Below, in pieces: positions 1-9,931 of a stretch of DNA of 64,000 bases. Made by a program: the position numbers and the translations under genes. Position 1 is the stretch's first letter. Each line of letters begins with the position of its first letter. Under the pieces are notes generated by a model that was given only the letters and a program-made list of their open reading frames with translations, made no database searches and was not told where the DNA came from. Source of the DNA: an uncultured virus (IMG/VR IMGVR_UViG_3300029989_000017) (taxonomy: Duplodnaviria > Heunggongvirae > Uroviricota > Caudoviricetes); the IMG/VR virus record IMGVR_UViG_3300029989_000017. The stretch is one strand, 5' to 3'.

Positions 1-914
1 TAGGTCCCGGACGGCGTCGACACAAAAACGAACCGGGCCCCGTCATACACCGCGTACAGCCCGGTGGCGTTAGCGCCTAGCCCCTGCCATGACCCCCCTG
101 AGCTTCTCGCCTGCGCGGTGGTCATGTTCCAAGAATAAACTGCCTGCGCGTTATTGTAGATGACAGATATGTTCCCCGCGCCATATACCATGTTTCCACA
201 GCCCTGATTTGGGCTACCGAAGGCCGACGTTATTCCCGTGAGAGTGGTGCCGTTGCCCGCCACCCAAGTCCCGCCAATTGTGGCGCAGTAATAAATGACG
301 CCCGAGCCGTTGGTCACAAAGGTCAGCACGTAGTAATACGTACCATCATGCACAATATCACTGATGAGGTAGTTCACATTAGAAGAGACCGCGACACCCG
401 TAAAACTCGCGTAGTCGGGGGTCGTGTTTGAGTAAAAAACCATCTGCGAGGTGTTCGCTAAGTTTCTCCCCAGTACGACTAAGTACCCGTTTACGACCTT
501 GATTTTATATATGCTCGCTATGTTAGTAAACGTCGATACAGTCCACACTCCCGCGGGGTCTGTCGCATAATAAATCGAGACGCCCCCGCCGTTTCCCGTT
601 CTCTTCACCCAGTAGTTCCCGAACTTGACGACCTCAAAGCTCGTATCTCCTGAGACACCCGTGGCCGCCCAATCCAAGGCGGGCGCGTCTCTAAGCACAG
701 CCGCTAATGCGGGGTAAGTCGCCGTGTTAAGCGCCGCGCCGTTGCAGAGCAGGCCCTTCGCCCCGTAGGGATTAGTCATTCCCATCTTTGTCGTGCCTAC
801 AGGTTCATTCAGCGCCGCGTCGATGATGTCAAAATTGCTGTTGAACTGCGCGGGCGTGATGAGCTCGTCGAGCCGGGGCTTGGCGAGGTTTAGGTTGGTC
901 GTATAATCAATCAT
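1..914 (-). CDS. Tail fibre / receptor-binding protein, N-terminal part (runs off window start)
   Basis: ATG at 914 after GAGGAGG. Manual translation MIDYTTNLNLAKPRLDELITPAQFNSNFDIIDAAL...GLLCNGAALNTATYPALAAVL (tail-collar-like), then G/T/S/Y-rich beta sequence with no stop to position 1. Follows the DUF2612 gene. Confidence 0.8.
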   Translation of the reverse strand, partial: MIDYTTNLNLAKPRLDELITPAQFNSNFDIIDAALNEPVGTTKMGMTNPYGAKGLLCNGAALNTATYPALAAVLRDAPALDWAATGVSGDTSFEVVKFGNYWVKRTGNGGGVSIYYATDPAGVWTVSTFTNIASIYKIKVVNGYLVVLGRNLANTSQMVFYSNTTPDYASFTGVAVSSNVNYLISDIVHDGTYYYVLTFVTNGSGVIYYCATIGGTWVAGNGTTLTGITSAFGSPNQGCGNMVYGAGNISVIYNNAQAVYSWNMTTAQARSSGGSWQGLGANATGLYAVYDGARFVFVSTPSGT

Positions 915-927
915 TTAAAAGCCTCCT

Positions 928-1497
928 CTATAGTTGGGCCCACGTTTTTGCACCCTCGGCGGTCCACGCGAGATGTTTGAAGTAATACCACGCCCATGTG
1001 TGCGGTTGCGCGGCTCTGAAGTTTACGGTGACACCCGCGGGCGCAGGGAAGAGATAACCATTCGCCAAAAGGTCGGCGATCAGGTTGTCGGTCGCGCCGA
1101 GGATGATCGCGATGTCGATCGTCATATTCATGTTGTCGACTATGACAATCGGGTACGTGGAGAACAGCAATTTGAGCGCATTTTCGTACCCCTCTCGGGT
1201 GCCGTCCCACTGATTCGAGAGGATTTTCGCGCGGAGCACGAGGCGATAATACGTGTCGGTGAGTATCGGGCTCACGCCGTCAGAGGGTTGGAACCCGACG
1301 GTGCGCGGGGCCCCGAGGTAGGCCCCTATCGTGTCGAGCTGTACGCCGACGGCCGTGTCAAGGTTGAATACACCCTGCATGACCGAGAGGCAGGTCTGCG
1401 CGTCCACGAAGGGTGTCAGCGTCGCAGTGAGCCACGCCTTGAGCTTCGGCTGTGATCTGTGCTGAGGCGCGAGCAGGTCAAGGTATGTCTGTAGCAT
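928..1497 (-). CDS. Baseplate wedge protein (DUF2612-like)
   Basis: FNLDTAVGVQLDTIG and YRLVLRAKILSNQWDGT motifs; directly after baseplate J. Confidence 0.85.
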   Translation of the reverse strand: MLQTYLDLLAPQHRSQPKLKAWLTATLTPFVDAQTCLSVMQGVFNLDTAVGVQLDTIGAYLGAPRTVGFQPSDGVSPILTDTYYRLVLRAKILSNQWDGTREGYENALKLLFSTYPIVIVDNMNMTIDIAIILGATDNLIADLLANGYLFPAPAGVTVNFRAAQPHTWAWYYFKHLAWTAEGAKTWAQL

Positions 1498-2672
1498 CAG
1501 ATCACCGTCACAGTCACGTTAGCGAGGAGTCCTTGAGACGCCTCGTTGAAGGCTAACACGATGTCGGATGTCGTCAGAGACCCGCCATGGAGCGCCGCCG
1601 TACAGGCGACCACTGAAAACGCAGGGATTGTCAAGCTCGGCTGAGCGCTGAGCGCCGCGCCGTAGATGGATGACACGTATATGTCGTCGCCTATCTGCGG
1701 GCTGTTGAGGTACACTACGATAGCGGCCTTGATCGCGGCCGTCGTGGCCGTCGTATAGCCCGTCAGGGCCTTGACTGTGATCGCCACGTCAATCGGCCGC
1801 AGTGTGGGCCTGAAGAACTTGATCGGTGTCACGAAGCCACTGTCCGCGGTCTCGTTGATGGTCGTCGTGCCGTAGGTGGGGGCCCCCGGTGTCTTCTTGA
1901 GGTAAATCTGATACGCCACGTCGGCGTCGGTGCCGCCCTCGGCGACGATCGCGATGTTGTGTGCGGGCATACCGTCGGCATTCGTTACGTCAGTGGCGTT
2001 GTCGTAGCCTCTGGCGCGCGTCACGTTCGCCACGCTTAGTACTGCGGCCACGATGCCCTCGAGAACTGTACGCGACGGTAGGGCCACAGAGAGGGCCTGT
2101 CGGGCACGAAGGTCGCTGTCCGTTTCCACGGGATTACCGACGACGGCGACTGCGGCGTTCGATACCGAGGTCCACCCGAACGTCGGCGTGACGATCGTCT
2201 GAAGCGCGCCGATGTCCGCGGTGATCGCGCCCGTGTCTTGGGCCGTCGCTGTCACCGTGAGCACGCCGCCGACGGGGATAGTCACGGGGGTCGGTAAGGA
2301 CCACAACAGTCCTGCGGTGTCACTGACGACGCCTGAGGTCACTACCGTGCCCACCGCGCCCACTAACGTGACTAGACACGTAGAGTGTGTCGGCAGGAGC
2401 CGCGCGATGCCGTTGATCTTGACGATAGTATCGAGGCCGACGCCTGCGGCCGACTGCGGCGACTGGCCATTGTAGACGGCCTCAGCGAGCAGGGCCGTGT
2501 CATACGCGATCTTCGACATGGCCGCTATCCACTGCGCGTCTTGCGAGTCATTGTCGAGGTAGATGCCCGAGCCGAAAATCGTCTGCGCCTGCGTCACGTA
2601 ATAGGCCTGTATGTCGGCGAATGTCGGGCGGTGAAATCCAGTTGAGTCAATATACGGTGCAAAATATGCCAT
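1497..2672 (-). CDS. Baseplate J/gp47-like protein
   Basis: SPQSAAGVGLD, GNPVETDSDLRARQ and IKFFRP motifs; 391 aa; baseplate context. Confidence 0.9.
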   Translation of the reverse strand: MAYFAPYIDSTGFHRPTFADIQAYYVTQAQTIFGSGIYLDNDSQDAQWIAAMSKIAYDTALLAEAVYNGQSPQSAAGVGLDTIVKINGIARLLPTHSTCLVTLVGAVGTVVTSGVVSDTAGLLWSLPTPVTIPVGGVLTVTATAQDTGAITADIGALQTIVTPTFGWTSVSNAAVAVVGNPVETDSDLRARQALSVALPSRTVLEGIVAAVLSVANVTRARGYDNATDVTNADGMPAHNIAIVAEGGTDADVAYQIYLKKTPGAPTYGTTTINETADSGFVTPIKFFRPTLRPIDVAITVKALTGYTTATTAAIKAAIVVYLNSPQIGDDIYVSSIYGAALSAQPSLTIPAFSVVACTAALHGGSLTTSDIVLAFNEASQGLLANVTVTVI

Positions 2673-3016
2673 TAGATTGTCACCTCCACGGTCGTCCCAA
2701 AAGACGTTTTGACCGATATTTGCGCGGTATAGACGCGCTTCGCGTCAATGTTACTGCTGAAGGACGCGATGCTCACCACGTTGGGCACCTGAAGGATGCG
2801 CGACTGATAGAGCAGGTCGATCAGGGCCTTGTCGCTACTCCCTGCGATCTCCTGAAAGAAGGGGAGACCATCGTTGAGGTTTTCCCAAAAGTCGCCTGTG
2901 AACAGGGTCAGCTTGGTTTGCACAGCCTGCGCGACTGCGGCGTCATCCGAGATGAAGCACCCGCGGCCGAAGCCGAAGGTATAGTCGCCCGTAGGCGATA
3001 GCGCACGATAGAGCAT
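2672..3016 (-). CDS. Baseplate wedge / sheath initiator (gp25/gp46-like)
   Basis: GDYTFG...AVAQAVQTKLTLFTGDFW; 114 aa between spike and baseplate J. Confidence 0.75.
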   Translation of the reverse strand: MLYRALSPTGDYTFGFGRGCFISDDAAVAQAVQTKLTLFTGDFWENLNDGLPFFQEIAGSSDKALIDLLYQSRILQVPNVVSIASFSSNIDAKRVYTAQISVKTSFGTTVEVTI

Positions 3017-3025
3017 TCAATCACC

Positions 3026-4462
3026 TCACGGAGATAAATATGAGCCATTCTCAAACATGGCCCACTCAGCATCACGCCGATATAGTAGCTTTTGGACGAC
3101 CTGCCCGCCGACTTGGCTGTAGGCGTCGAACTTGGTTTTTAAGGCCTCACCCGTAGTGCCGCTCGCGATAGCGTTTTTCAGCGCGGTCCACTCTAGCCCT
3201 CCCGCGGGGTCATACTTTGGTCTATAGCCGCCGAGGACCTCCGACAGAGAGCGGTCGGTATGCTCTACGACTTGGCCACCGTTGGCGTCTTTGGCCGCCG
3301 AGCTCGTGTTACCGCCGATAGCTGTGATCGTGCCGTCGCCGTTGACCGACTCGACGATCTCCGTGTGTGTCGCGACTGTCGTGCTACCACTCCAAGAGTA
3401 GAACACGACGTCACCCGCCTGAAGACTGTTCTTGTCGACAAACAGGCCGCGGTCTTTGCCCCAATTCATCAGTGTCGTTGAGCTCGCGATCTTAGCGCCT
3501 CCGAACAGGAGAGCCGAAGCGCCGACCATGCGAAAGATGTCCCACACGAAGGTAACGCACCACGGGTATGCGTCCGCGCCTGAGACAGGATGGCCGTAGT
3601 AATCGGTATTGAATATGACATTGTTCGAGTTTCGAGGCGACTCTGTGAGGCCGAGGAAGGACCGCGCCTTCGCGATGATCAGCCCCGGGGTCACACCGAG
3701 GTGCCCACAACTGTACAAGAACGATGTCAGCGCGTCGAGCTGAGTCGTTGAGAGCGTCACACCCGGGAGCGCGGCGATCACTGTGCTCGTGTACCCGGGC
3801 AGGTCCTGAAGCAGTAGGGCCTCGGCCGTCGCCGCTGTCAGAGGGGCTGTGAAGCCGCCGGGAAGAGTTTTTGAATTGTCCCGATGTCCGTAGCCGATGA
3901 GCCAGTTGCCCGCCACGTCCTGCGTCCAGTCAGTTGAGAGACCCTCCCACTGTTCGATGAATTGAACGCCCGCCTTGCTGAGGCCCGTTCCCATGTCCGT
4001 CGTTGAGCCTGTGATGCTATTACCAAAGCCCGCGAAGCCCGTCGGAACTACGCCGTTGATCATGCCGAGGACCGCGATGGCGCTGTTGACATTGTGGCTT
4101 TGTACGACCTGCTGTAACTGCGGCGCAGGCACGCCCGCGAAGCCCTCGCCTGTCGTGGAGAGCCAAGCGGATATGTCGTGATCGCAGAAGATCAAGAGCA
4201 CAGGCTGTCCGACCTTGGGCGCTATACCGAGGGGGCTGATGTAGGGCGTGTCGGCGATTGGCGCGTAGGCCTGCCACACGATCGTACCGTCACTCTGCAC
4301 GCGACGCTCACTTATGACGGGCTGTACTGTCAGGAGGCCCGAGGCCGTGTCGACGTTCAGCACTGTGCCGATTGTCGCGACGTGGAGCTCAGCGAATATG
4401 CTCTCTTTGAACTTTTGAAAGACCTCAGGGAGGTCTCCGCCTATTTCAGGTATTGTAAGCAT
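3026..4462 (-). CDS. Baseplate spike (Gp138-like N-terminus) fused to GH24 lysozyme with nested CHAP domain
   Basis: N-terminal VQP...GQPVLLIFCDHDISAW; lysozyme FIEQWEG..DVAGNWLIGYGH..QLDALTSFLYSCG and LLYRRDAEWAMF; CHAP PWCVTFV, GDVVFY, HTEIV, IGGNT. Confidence 0.8.
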   Translation of the reverse strand: MLTIPEIGGDLPEVFQKFKESIFAELHVATIGTVLNVDTASGLLTVQPVISERRVQSDGTIVWQAYAPIADTPYISPLGIAPKVGQPVLLIFCDHDISAWLSTTGEGFAGVPAPQLQQVVQSHNVNSAIAVLGMINGVVPTGFAGFGNSITGSTTDMGTGLSKAGVQFIEQWEGLSTDWTQDVAGNWLIGYGHRDNSKTLPGGFTAPLTAATAEALLLQDLPGYTSTVIAALPGVTLSTTQLDALTSFLYSCGHLGVTPGLIIAKARSFLGLTESPRNSNNVIFNTDYYGHPVSGADAYPWCVTFVWDIFRMVGASALLFGGAKIASSTTLMNWGKDRGLFVDKNSLQAGDVVFYSWSGSTTVATHTEIVESVNGDGTITAIGGNTSSAAKDANGGQVVEHTDRSLSEVLGGYRPKYDPAGGLEWTALKNAIASGTTGEALKTKFDAYSQVGGQVVQKLLYRRDAEWAMFENGSYLSP

Positions 4463-4472
4463 GGGAGACCTC

Positions 4473-5486
4473 CTAGTTGTATGTGAGCATCTCGGGTATT
4501 TTGCCGACCTGCGATATTGTCACGAGGTCCGCATACCAATCGTTTCCGCGGGTGTCGCCCTTGAATACGATCGAGACAATCCGATATACCCCCGCCGTGT
4601 CAAGCGGGTACGGGAACGACGCAGGGGCCGAGTATGACCCGAGGCTAACAAGTTGTTGGGTGATACGGTCGTTGCGAACGTGCACGAGGCCATACGGCAT
4701 AAACTGAGGGTTGATGAGCGCCCGGGCGTTGATGCCCTGCTCATTCTGAGAGGGGTTGCCGAGGAGCCCCGTTTTCTCCGACAGCTCTATCGCCTGCATA
4801 CCCATCGGGAGCATATTACTCTCGTCGCCGTAGCCAATGACGTAGAGCTTGCCGTTGTCCACGAACCATGTGCCTTTTATGGTCTTGGCATAGTCCGACA
4901 GGATGTTTTTACTCGCGCCGTGGACCGTCACACTCTTTGTGTGCGCGAGCTTGTCGAGCGAGGGGCTCACATACCCGACGGTTGTCTTACCGAGCCGCGC
5001 GACCTCGTCGACCACGGCACGGCCCGTTATGCCTTTTTGGTAGGTGAAGGAGCAAAAGCCATAGTCAATGAGCTGTGAGCCGTCGAGGGCGAGCACTTGC
5101 AGGATGTAGTCGGTGCCGCTCTGTTTCCAACGGTTGCACATCAAGATATTGCCATCGAATATCTGGCCGTGATTGTCGGCGTAGCCCGCCTCTATGGTGA
5201 TGCGGTAGCCTTGCTTGACGATGTCGCGCTCTGTTCCTGCCGTCAGGTTGTATATCGTGATCAGCGCATTGTTCGGCGACATCATCGCGAAGCGCTTGAC
5301 CTCGAAGACGATACGCAGTTGCGAAACGTCGAGGACAACGTCGCCGCTGACCTCTTTGCTGAACTCCTGTAAATAGTTGTCAGCGTTGGTTATAACAGGC
5401 GTCACCGTGTGCCTGTAGATTCGGACCCGGCAGTACCGGGACCAACTGCTCGCAGTGTCGAGCACTACGCCTTCGGTCTCAAGCAT
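4473..5486 (-). CDS. Baseplate hub protein
   Basis: ITIYNL, ITIEAGY..IFDG, TGLLGNP, GVYRIVSIVFKGDTRGNDWY. Start moved to ATG 5486, which overlaps the upstream stop. Confidence 0.8.
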   Translation of the reverse strand: MLETEGVVLDTASSWSRYCRVRIYRHTVTPVITNADNYLQEFSKEVSGDVVLDVSQLRIVFEVKRFAMMSPNNALITIYNLTAGTERDIVKQGYRITIEAGYADNHGQIFDGNILMCNRWKQSGTDYILQVLALDGSQLIDYGFCSFTYQKGITGRAVVDEVARLGKTTVGYVSPSLDKLAHTKSVTVHGASKNILSDYAKTIKGTWFVDNGKLYVIGYGDESNMLPMGMQAIELSEKTGLLGNPSQNEQGINARALINPQFMPYGLVHVRNDRITQQLVSLGSYSAPASFPYPLDTAGVYRIVSIVFKGDTRGNDWYADLVTISQVGKIPEMLTYN

Positions 5487-5803
5487 CAGATCAGCCTCCA
5501 CGTCAGCACGAACTTGTCGAGATTCGTGCTGTCTGGATACTCGACGGTTGGAGCGCCCACGTTGAAGAGCGCCGCCGAGCCGATGTTGAGGTGCTGAAGC
5601 TGTCTGAGGAGGTCATAGCCGCAGAGCATCGGTATTCCTATGACGAGAGGCGTGTGCGTCGCGTCGAGGATGCCCATGACCCAGTAGCCCGCGAAGGCGT
5701 TATATGACAGCGTGATCACGAGCGAGATGCTTCGGCTCTCGCCTTGCAGTGTCACTGTGAATGTCTGATTGGGATTGTTTGTCAGATAGATGACTGAGAT
5801 CAT
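5486..5803 (-). CDS. Small baseplate protein
   Basis: PNQTFTVTL..YN..W..GIPMLCGYDLL pattern; position in baseplate module. Confidence 0.7.
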   Translation of the reverse strand: MISVIYLTNNPNQTFTVTLQGESRSISLVITLSYNAFAGYWVMGILDATHTPLVIGIPMLCGYDLLRQLQHLNIGSAALFNVGAPTVEYPDSTNLDKFVLTWRLI

Positions 5804-5813
5804 AGGTGCCTCC

Positions 5814-6473
5814 TTACTTGCCCGCCCACCATGCGCCTTTTCCTGTTGTCCAGAAGTCTACAAGGCCCTCGAAGTATGTCGCGACGCTCGTCGGGGCATA
5901 GGGCGTCGAGGATTGAACTGTTGTCGCGGCAACACGGCCACCTGTGGTGGCCCCCGTCGTGTGCGGGTCTGAGCTCGCCGCGGGAGGGGTTGTATCTGTC
6001 ACCGTTGAGGTCTCTGTCAGCGCTACGGTCGTGGCGTTCACGCGGATGACCTGCTGAAGCATGATAGTCATGCGTAGCGCGTTCATTGTCGTCTTGTCGC
6101 GGGTGATGCTCAGGGTCTTTATGACCATGTCCTTGTAGCTGACGGTCGCGCCGCCGACTGAGGCGTTTATTTGCAGGGGCAGTGCCGCGGACCATAGCTG
6201 AAAGAATATGGCAAGAGCCGTCGCTGAGCGGCTCGAGAGCTTATCAAACTGGCCCTTGACCACACTGCCTAAGCAGTCCGACACGGCCACGTCGAAGGTG
6301 ATCTCCGTAGGCTTACGATAGACGTGGTCGTTGATGGCCGCGCCGCTCTGCACGGGGTGTTGTGTGATCTCGTTCGTGAAGACGTAGTTTTCACGGAAGA
6401 CCACGTCAAAGAAATAGCCGCCGATGCTTGATCGAAAATAGGTCGCGCTTTTGACTTCGCGTACGCCTGCCAT
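5814..6473 (-). CDS. Baseplate / tail tube initiator (Dit-like)
   Basis: EITQHPVQSGAAINDHVYRKP motif; follows the tape measure gene. Confidence 0.75.
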   Translation of the reverse strand: MAGVREVKSATYFRSSIGGYFFDVVFRENYVFTNEITQHPVQSGAAINDHVYRKPTEITFDVAVSDCLGSVVKGQFDKLSSRSATALAIFFQLWSAALPLQINASVGGATVSYKDMVIKTLSITRDKTTMNALRMTIMLQQVIRVNATTVALTETSTVTDTTPPAASSDPHTTGATTGGRVAATTVQSSTPYAPTSVATYFEGLVDFWTTGKGAWWAGK

Positions 6474-6481
6474 GTTATCAC

Positions 6482-7822
6482 CTACCTATTCTGGCCCTGC
6501 ACGGACTGCATTAGAGCCGCATGATTGAGCGAGGACCCGAGAGCCGCGCCCACCGCCGCCGCGGTGCCCTGCGCGTCTGTGGCCGCCGTGTGCACCTCGA
6601 TGTGAGGATTATTGTTGAATACTGTGGACGCCGATGAACTTGAGTAACTCGAGCTCTGAGGCGCGAAGAGCGCCGCCCCGTTTTGGCCCGTCACGGCGGT
6701 CGTTCCATTGAGACCCTTGCCTAGGCCCGTCGTACTGCCCGCGGGAGGCGTGAGCCCGAGAAGGTGGTCCATGACAAGAACAATGTTCGTAAGAGTGTTG
6801 AACAGGTCAGCAAAGGGTTTGGCGAGCTTCTCCTGTATTTTAGAGCCCGCGAGGAGGGCCGTGTAGCCTAAAGTTTCCTTCAGCTTCATGTTCGCAGTGC
6901 CTACGGAGTTTGACCAGTCCTCGTTTTGTTGCTTGAAATTTGCCGGGAGCGTCAACATTTTCTCTTGATACGCCTGTAGCTCCTCGAACTGCTTATGAAG
7001 CACGGGATTGAGCGCGATGTCGCCGAGATCACTCACCGACTTGCCCATCGCCGTAAGTGTCATTTGTAATTTCCATGCGGCCGAGTCTGAAATCCACAGC
7101 TTTCGGGACATGGTTTCGATGTTCGTATTCACGTCAGCCAAGGCCTGCCCGACCTGCTCAGTCTTCACGGCGAGAGCCGCCATGAGCGCGATGACTGCTA
7201 CAACTATGGCGGCCACGCCTATGGCCGCGCCTGCTCCTGCGAGAGCTCCTGCGCCGCCTGCACCGGCCCCACCCGCCGCGCCATCGACGAGAGCCGCGTC
7301 TTCGCCTGCCGCGGCCCCTGTAGGAGCGCCTTTGCCCACCTTTGCGACGGGTGGCATAGACCCGCCCGTGTGCGGGCTAGGCTTTGGAGACTCGGGGGGC
7401 TTATTCGCCTCTGCAGTCTTAGGGTCTTGGAATGGATTTTTAAAAGATGAAGACCCGACTTTCAGGTCCGTAGCGCCGCCGAGAGACTTTAGAAAGTTAA
7501 TGAAGCCACCCGCGGCCTGACCGCCAGAGAGCAGAGCGCCGAACGGGTTGCCCTTGGCGATGTCGGCTAGGACCTTGCCGAGGCTTCGGCCCGTTGTCTC
7601 CATGCCCTTCAGGAGGTCAAGCTCTTTTTTGCCGTCGTCGAGCTTAGTCTTGCGGGCTACTTTATCTTTTTTATCCTGCTCATTACCCTCTTTGCTCGTC
7701 GCGGTCTGCTTCTTCTGCCGCTTCTCGAGCTCGTCGAGGTGTTTCTCGTATAGCTTAAACTCCTTGCTGTCGAGCTTGAAGCCGAGGCCTACGAGGTATT
7801 CTTCAATGTAATGTTCTGCCAT
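6482..7822 (-). CDS. Tape measure protein (short, 446 aa)
   Basis: IEEYLVGLGFKLD N-terminus, Ala/Gly-rich hydrophobic segment; position after the chaperones. Confidence 0.7.
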   Translation of the reverse strand: MAEHYIEEYLVGLGFKLDSKEFKLYEKHLDELEKRQKKQTATSKEGNEQDKKDKVARKTKLDDGKKELDLLKGMETTGRSLGKVLADIAKGNPFGALLSGGQAAGGFINFLKSLGGATDLKVGSSSFKNPFQDPKTAEANKPPESPKPSPHTGGSMPPVAKVGKGAPTGAAAGEDAALVDGAAGGAGAGGAGALAGAGAAIGVAAIVVAVIALMAALAVKTEQVGQALADVNTNIETMSRKLWISDSAAWKLQMTLTAMGKSVSDLGDIALNPVLHKQFEELQAYQEKMLTLPANFKQQNEDWSNSVGTANMKLKETLGYTALLAGSKIQEKLAKPFADLFNTLTNIVLVMDHLLGLTPPAGSTTGLGKGLNGTTAVTGQNGAALFAPQSSSYSSSSASTVFNNNPHIEVHTAATDAQGTAAAVGAALGSSLNHAALMQSVQGQNR

Positions 7823-8013
7823 CAGGTCGCCTCCCGTCTCTTTGCGTGCTCATAGTCGCGGAACTTATTCTCGTTCTGTACGAGCATCACTTCGAGGATG
7901 TCAAGGAAGTTGCTATAGGTATACGTTCCGTCCCATAGCTCGTGCTGTTTCCAGTGGCCCGCCAACACAGGCGCGAAGAGCTCCGCGTCCGTGTTCGCAG
8001 GTGACACCGCCAT
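7822..8013 (-). CDS. Tail assembly chaperone, -1 frameshift extension (gpT-like)
   Basis: PVLAG..HELWDGTYT motif; lies in the -1 frame of the upstream chaperone and is open from the slippery site. Confidence 0.75.
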   Translation of the reverse strand: MAVSPANTDAELFAPVLAGHWKQHELWDGTYTYSNFLDILEVMLVQNENKFRDYEHAKRREAT

Positions 8014-8039
8014 GTAACTGGCTTGCCTTGGAACGAAGG

Positions 8040-8384
8040 CTAGTCGCTTTCGCGACGCCAGTATTCGCCGAAAAAAATTGCGTACTGGGACACGATCATG
8101 GTGAACATTGGCCCCGTAGGGTCAATGATGCCACACTGGCCCTCTGCGTCAATGACGGGGGCCTTGACCTTGCCAAGGTCCTCATAGACGTTCTGAAGGC
8201 ACAGCTTGAGGTATTTGTCAAGCGCCTCAGGAGGCATAACCTCCTTCGAGAGCGACAGGCCGAAAAAGTTCTCAGGTATGAAGGGTACCCGGTACGCCGT
8301 GATCATGTTGAGTATCGCACACCCGTTCGCGGGCGTCGGCTCTTTGAACACGAACGTACGACCCTTAAATTCACAGGAGTCCAT
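8040..8384 (-). CDS. Tail assembly chaperone (gpG-like)
   Basis: 114 aa between tube and tape measure; slippery heptamer near the 3' end. Confidence 0.75.
   Translation of the reverse strand: MDSCEFKGRTFVFKEPTPANGCAILNMITAYRVPFIPENFFGLSLSKEVMPPEALDKYLKLCLQNVYEDLGKVKAPVIDAEGQCGIIDPTGPMFTMIVSQYAIFFGEYWRRESD
8070..8076 (-). other. Programmed -1 ribosomal frameshift site T TTT TTC
   Basis: Minus strand reads ATT TTT TTC. A -1 shift gives TTT CGG CGA ATA...TAC ATG with no stop, entering ORF 7822..8013. Confidence 0.75.
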
Positions 8385-8388
8385 AAGC

Positions 8389-8826
8389 TTACACCTGCGT
8401 CATGTTAGCGCTGAAGAAGCGCCATGTGACGTGCGCGCCAGTTTGGCCGTTCTCACGGGAGGGTCTCTTCACGAGAGCGACCTTACTAGCCGTTGTCGTG
8501 ATGCCGTTCGGGAACTTCTCTTGAATGGTAATGGTCGTGCTCGCCCACGAGGCCGCAGGCGCGGCGACGACCGCATTGGCAAGGTCGATCAGCCACTTGT
8601 TCAGCGAAGAGGTCTGCTGAATGTCGAGGTCAACAGTGCCGCGCTGTGAATTGATCTTTGTGACCATTACAGAGCCGTCGGCACCGAGGTCGCTGTTTGT
8701 CAGGTCATCGGTGAAATCCGTGGAGACCTTGCCGATGCCGAGGCCGTCGGCGATCTTCGCGCCTTTGAGAGGGTGCGTGATGCTGACGGTTACGTCAGCG
8801 AAAGAATATACAGATGCTTCAGACAT
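8389..8826 (-). CDS. Tail tube protein
   Basis: YSFADVTVSI..GADG..QQTSSLNKWL; follows the sheath gene. Confidence 0.85.
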   Translation of the reverse strand: MSEASVYSFADVTVSITHPLKGAKIADGLGIGKVSTDFTDDLTNSDLGADGSVMVTKINSQRGTVDLDIQQTSSLNKWLIDLANAVVAAPAASWASTTITIQEKFPNGITTTASKVALVKRPSRENGQTGAHVTWRFFSANMTQV

Positions 8827-8839
8827 AATTTAGGCCCTC

Positions 8840-9931
8840 CTATTCCTGTACGTTCACGTTGATCGCGAACGATTCGCCCGACCCGGCGAGCGTGATGCAT
8901 ACGTAGACGTCGGGAGCCGAGCGGTTGGCTCTGTCGGTCAGCGACAGGGTTGACGCGGACTCTGCCTGAATGGAGTAGCCGTTCGGCAGTGCGTCGCCGT
9001 TCTTCAGCCCGAGGACCGTACCGCCCGCCCATGTGCCCGCCGCGATGAAGCCCATGACGCGTGACTGCTCGCAGGCCTTGGCGATCTCCGTGGTGATGAT
9101 CGACATACCTGTGTCGGTCAACGGGACCTTGGTGTTGGATGTCAGCACGGACATGATGCCGCTCTGAATAGCCGCTTGAAGGACGTTGATACCGATGATC
9201 TCATCGACGTGCGCGCCGCTTGCGGTGACACCGTTCGCGAGGAACGTGTACGAGCCGAGATACGTGGTATAGAAATTCAGGTTTGCCGCGGTGATGTTTA
9301 CGACCTGCGTGGCCGTTAGAGCTTCGGATGCCACACCGACGAGGGACTTGAACTTGAGGTCGAATGAGGCGGACTTGGAGATGCCGCACACGTAGCCCAT
9401 GACAGCGACGGCGGCGTCGACGGTTGTGGAGTACATACCGAAAGTCATTTTGTACTTTGCGGTTTTGAGCGTCAATCCGACGTTGCCTGCGGTGCCTGTG
9501 AGGATGTCCGCGTCGGCTGTCGTATAGAACAGAGCCATTGACGGGGAGGCCGTCTCCGCGTAGGCCGCCATAGCGACGACGTCGGCCTTGACTGCGCCGA
9601 GGAACACGCCTGCGAACCATTGAATGTTAGTCTGACGGCACAGGGTGAGCGCTTGCAGACAGGTTTCACCTGTCGCCGCCTGAACGCCGACCGCGAGCTG
9701 TGCGGGGCTCGGATTCTGGCCGAAGTAGAAATTTGCCGCATTCACCTCTGCGCTGTCCGAGGCGAAGCCCGCCGCGATCAGCTCTGCCGCTGAGTTGAAT
9801 ATCCGCACGCGCTCCAAGGTTGTAATAACGGTATTCTTTGAGATGATGAGCCCGAGGGAGAAGTCCGCCGCCTGAACTGACGCGGACGGGGTGTTTGTGG
9901 TAATGGTCAGGAAACTTCCAAGACCTAGCAT
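8840..9931 (-). CDS. Tail sheath protein (DUF3383-like)
   Basis: YFGQNPSP, LKFKSLVGV, KVPLTDTG, DRANRSAP motifs. Confidence 0.9.
   Translation of the reverse strand: MLGLGSFLTITTNTPSASVQAADFSLGLIISKNTVITTLERVRIFNSAAELIAAGFASDSAEVNAANFYFGQNPSPAQLAVGVQAATGETCLQALTLCRQTNIQWFAGVFLGAVKADVVAMAAYAETASPSMALFYTTADADILTGTAGNVGLTLKTAKYKMTFGMYSTTVDAAVAVMGYVCGISKSASFDLKFKSLVGVASEALTATQVVNITAANLNFYTTYLGSYTFLANGVTASGAHVDEIIGINVLQAAIQSGIMSVLTSNTKVPLTDTGMSIITTEIAKACEQSRVMGFIAAGTWAGGTVLGLKNGDALPNGYSIQAESASTLSLTDRANRSAPDVYVCITLAGSGESFAINVNVQE

Noticed and set aside
355..420. CTGATGAG hammerhead-like core
   Set aside because: It is antisense within the fibre gene, with no matching GAAA or flanking stems found.
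1..914. Diversity-generating retroelement targeting the tail fibre
   Set aside because: No reverse transcriptase and no TR/VR repeat pair were seen in the window.
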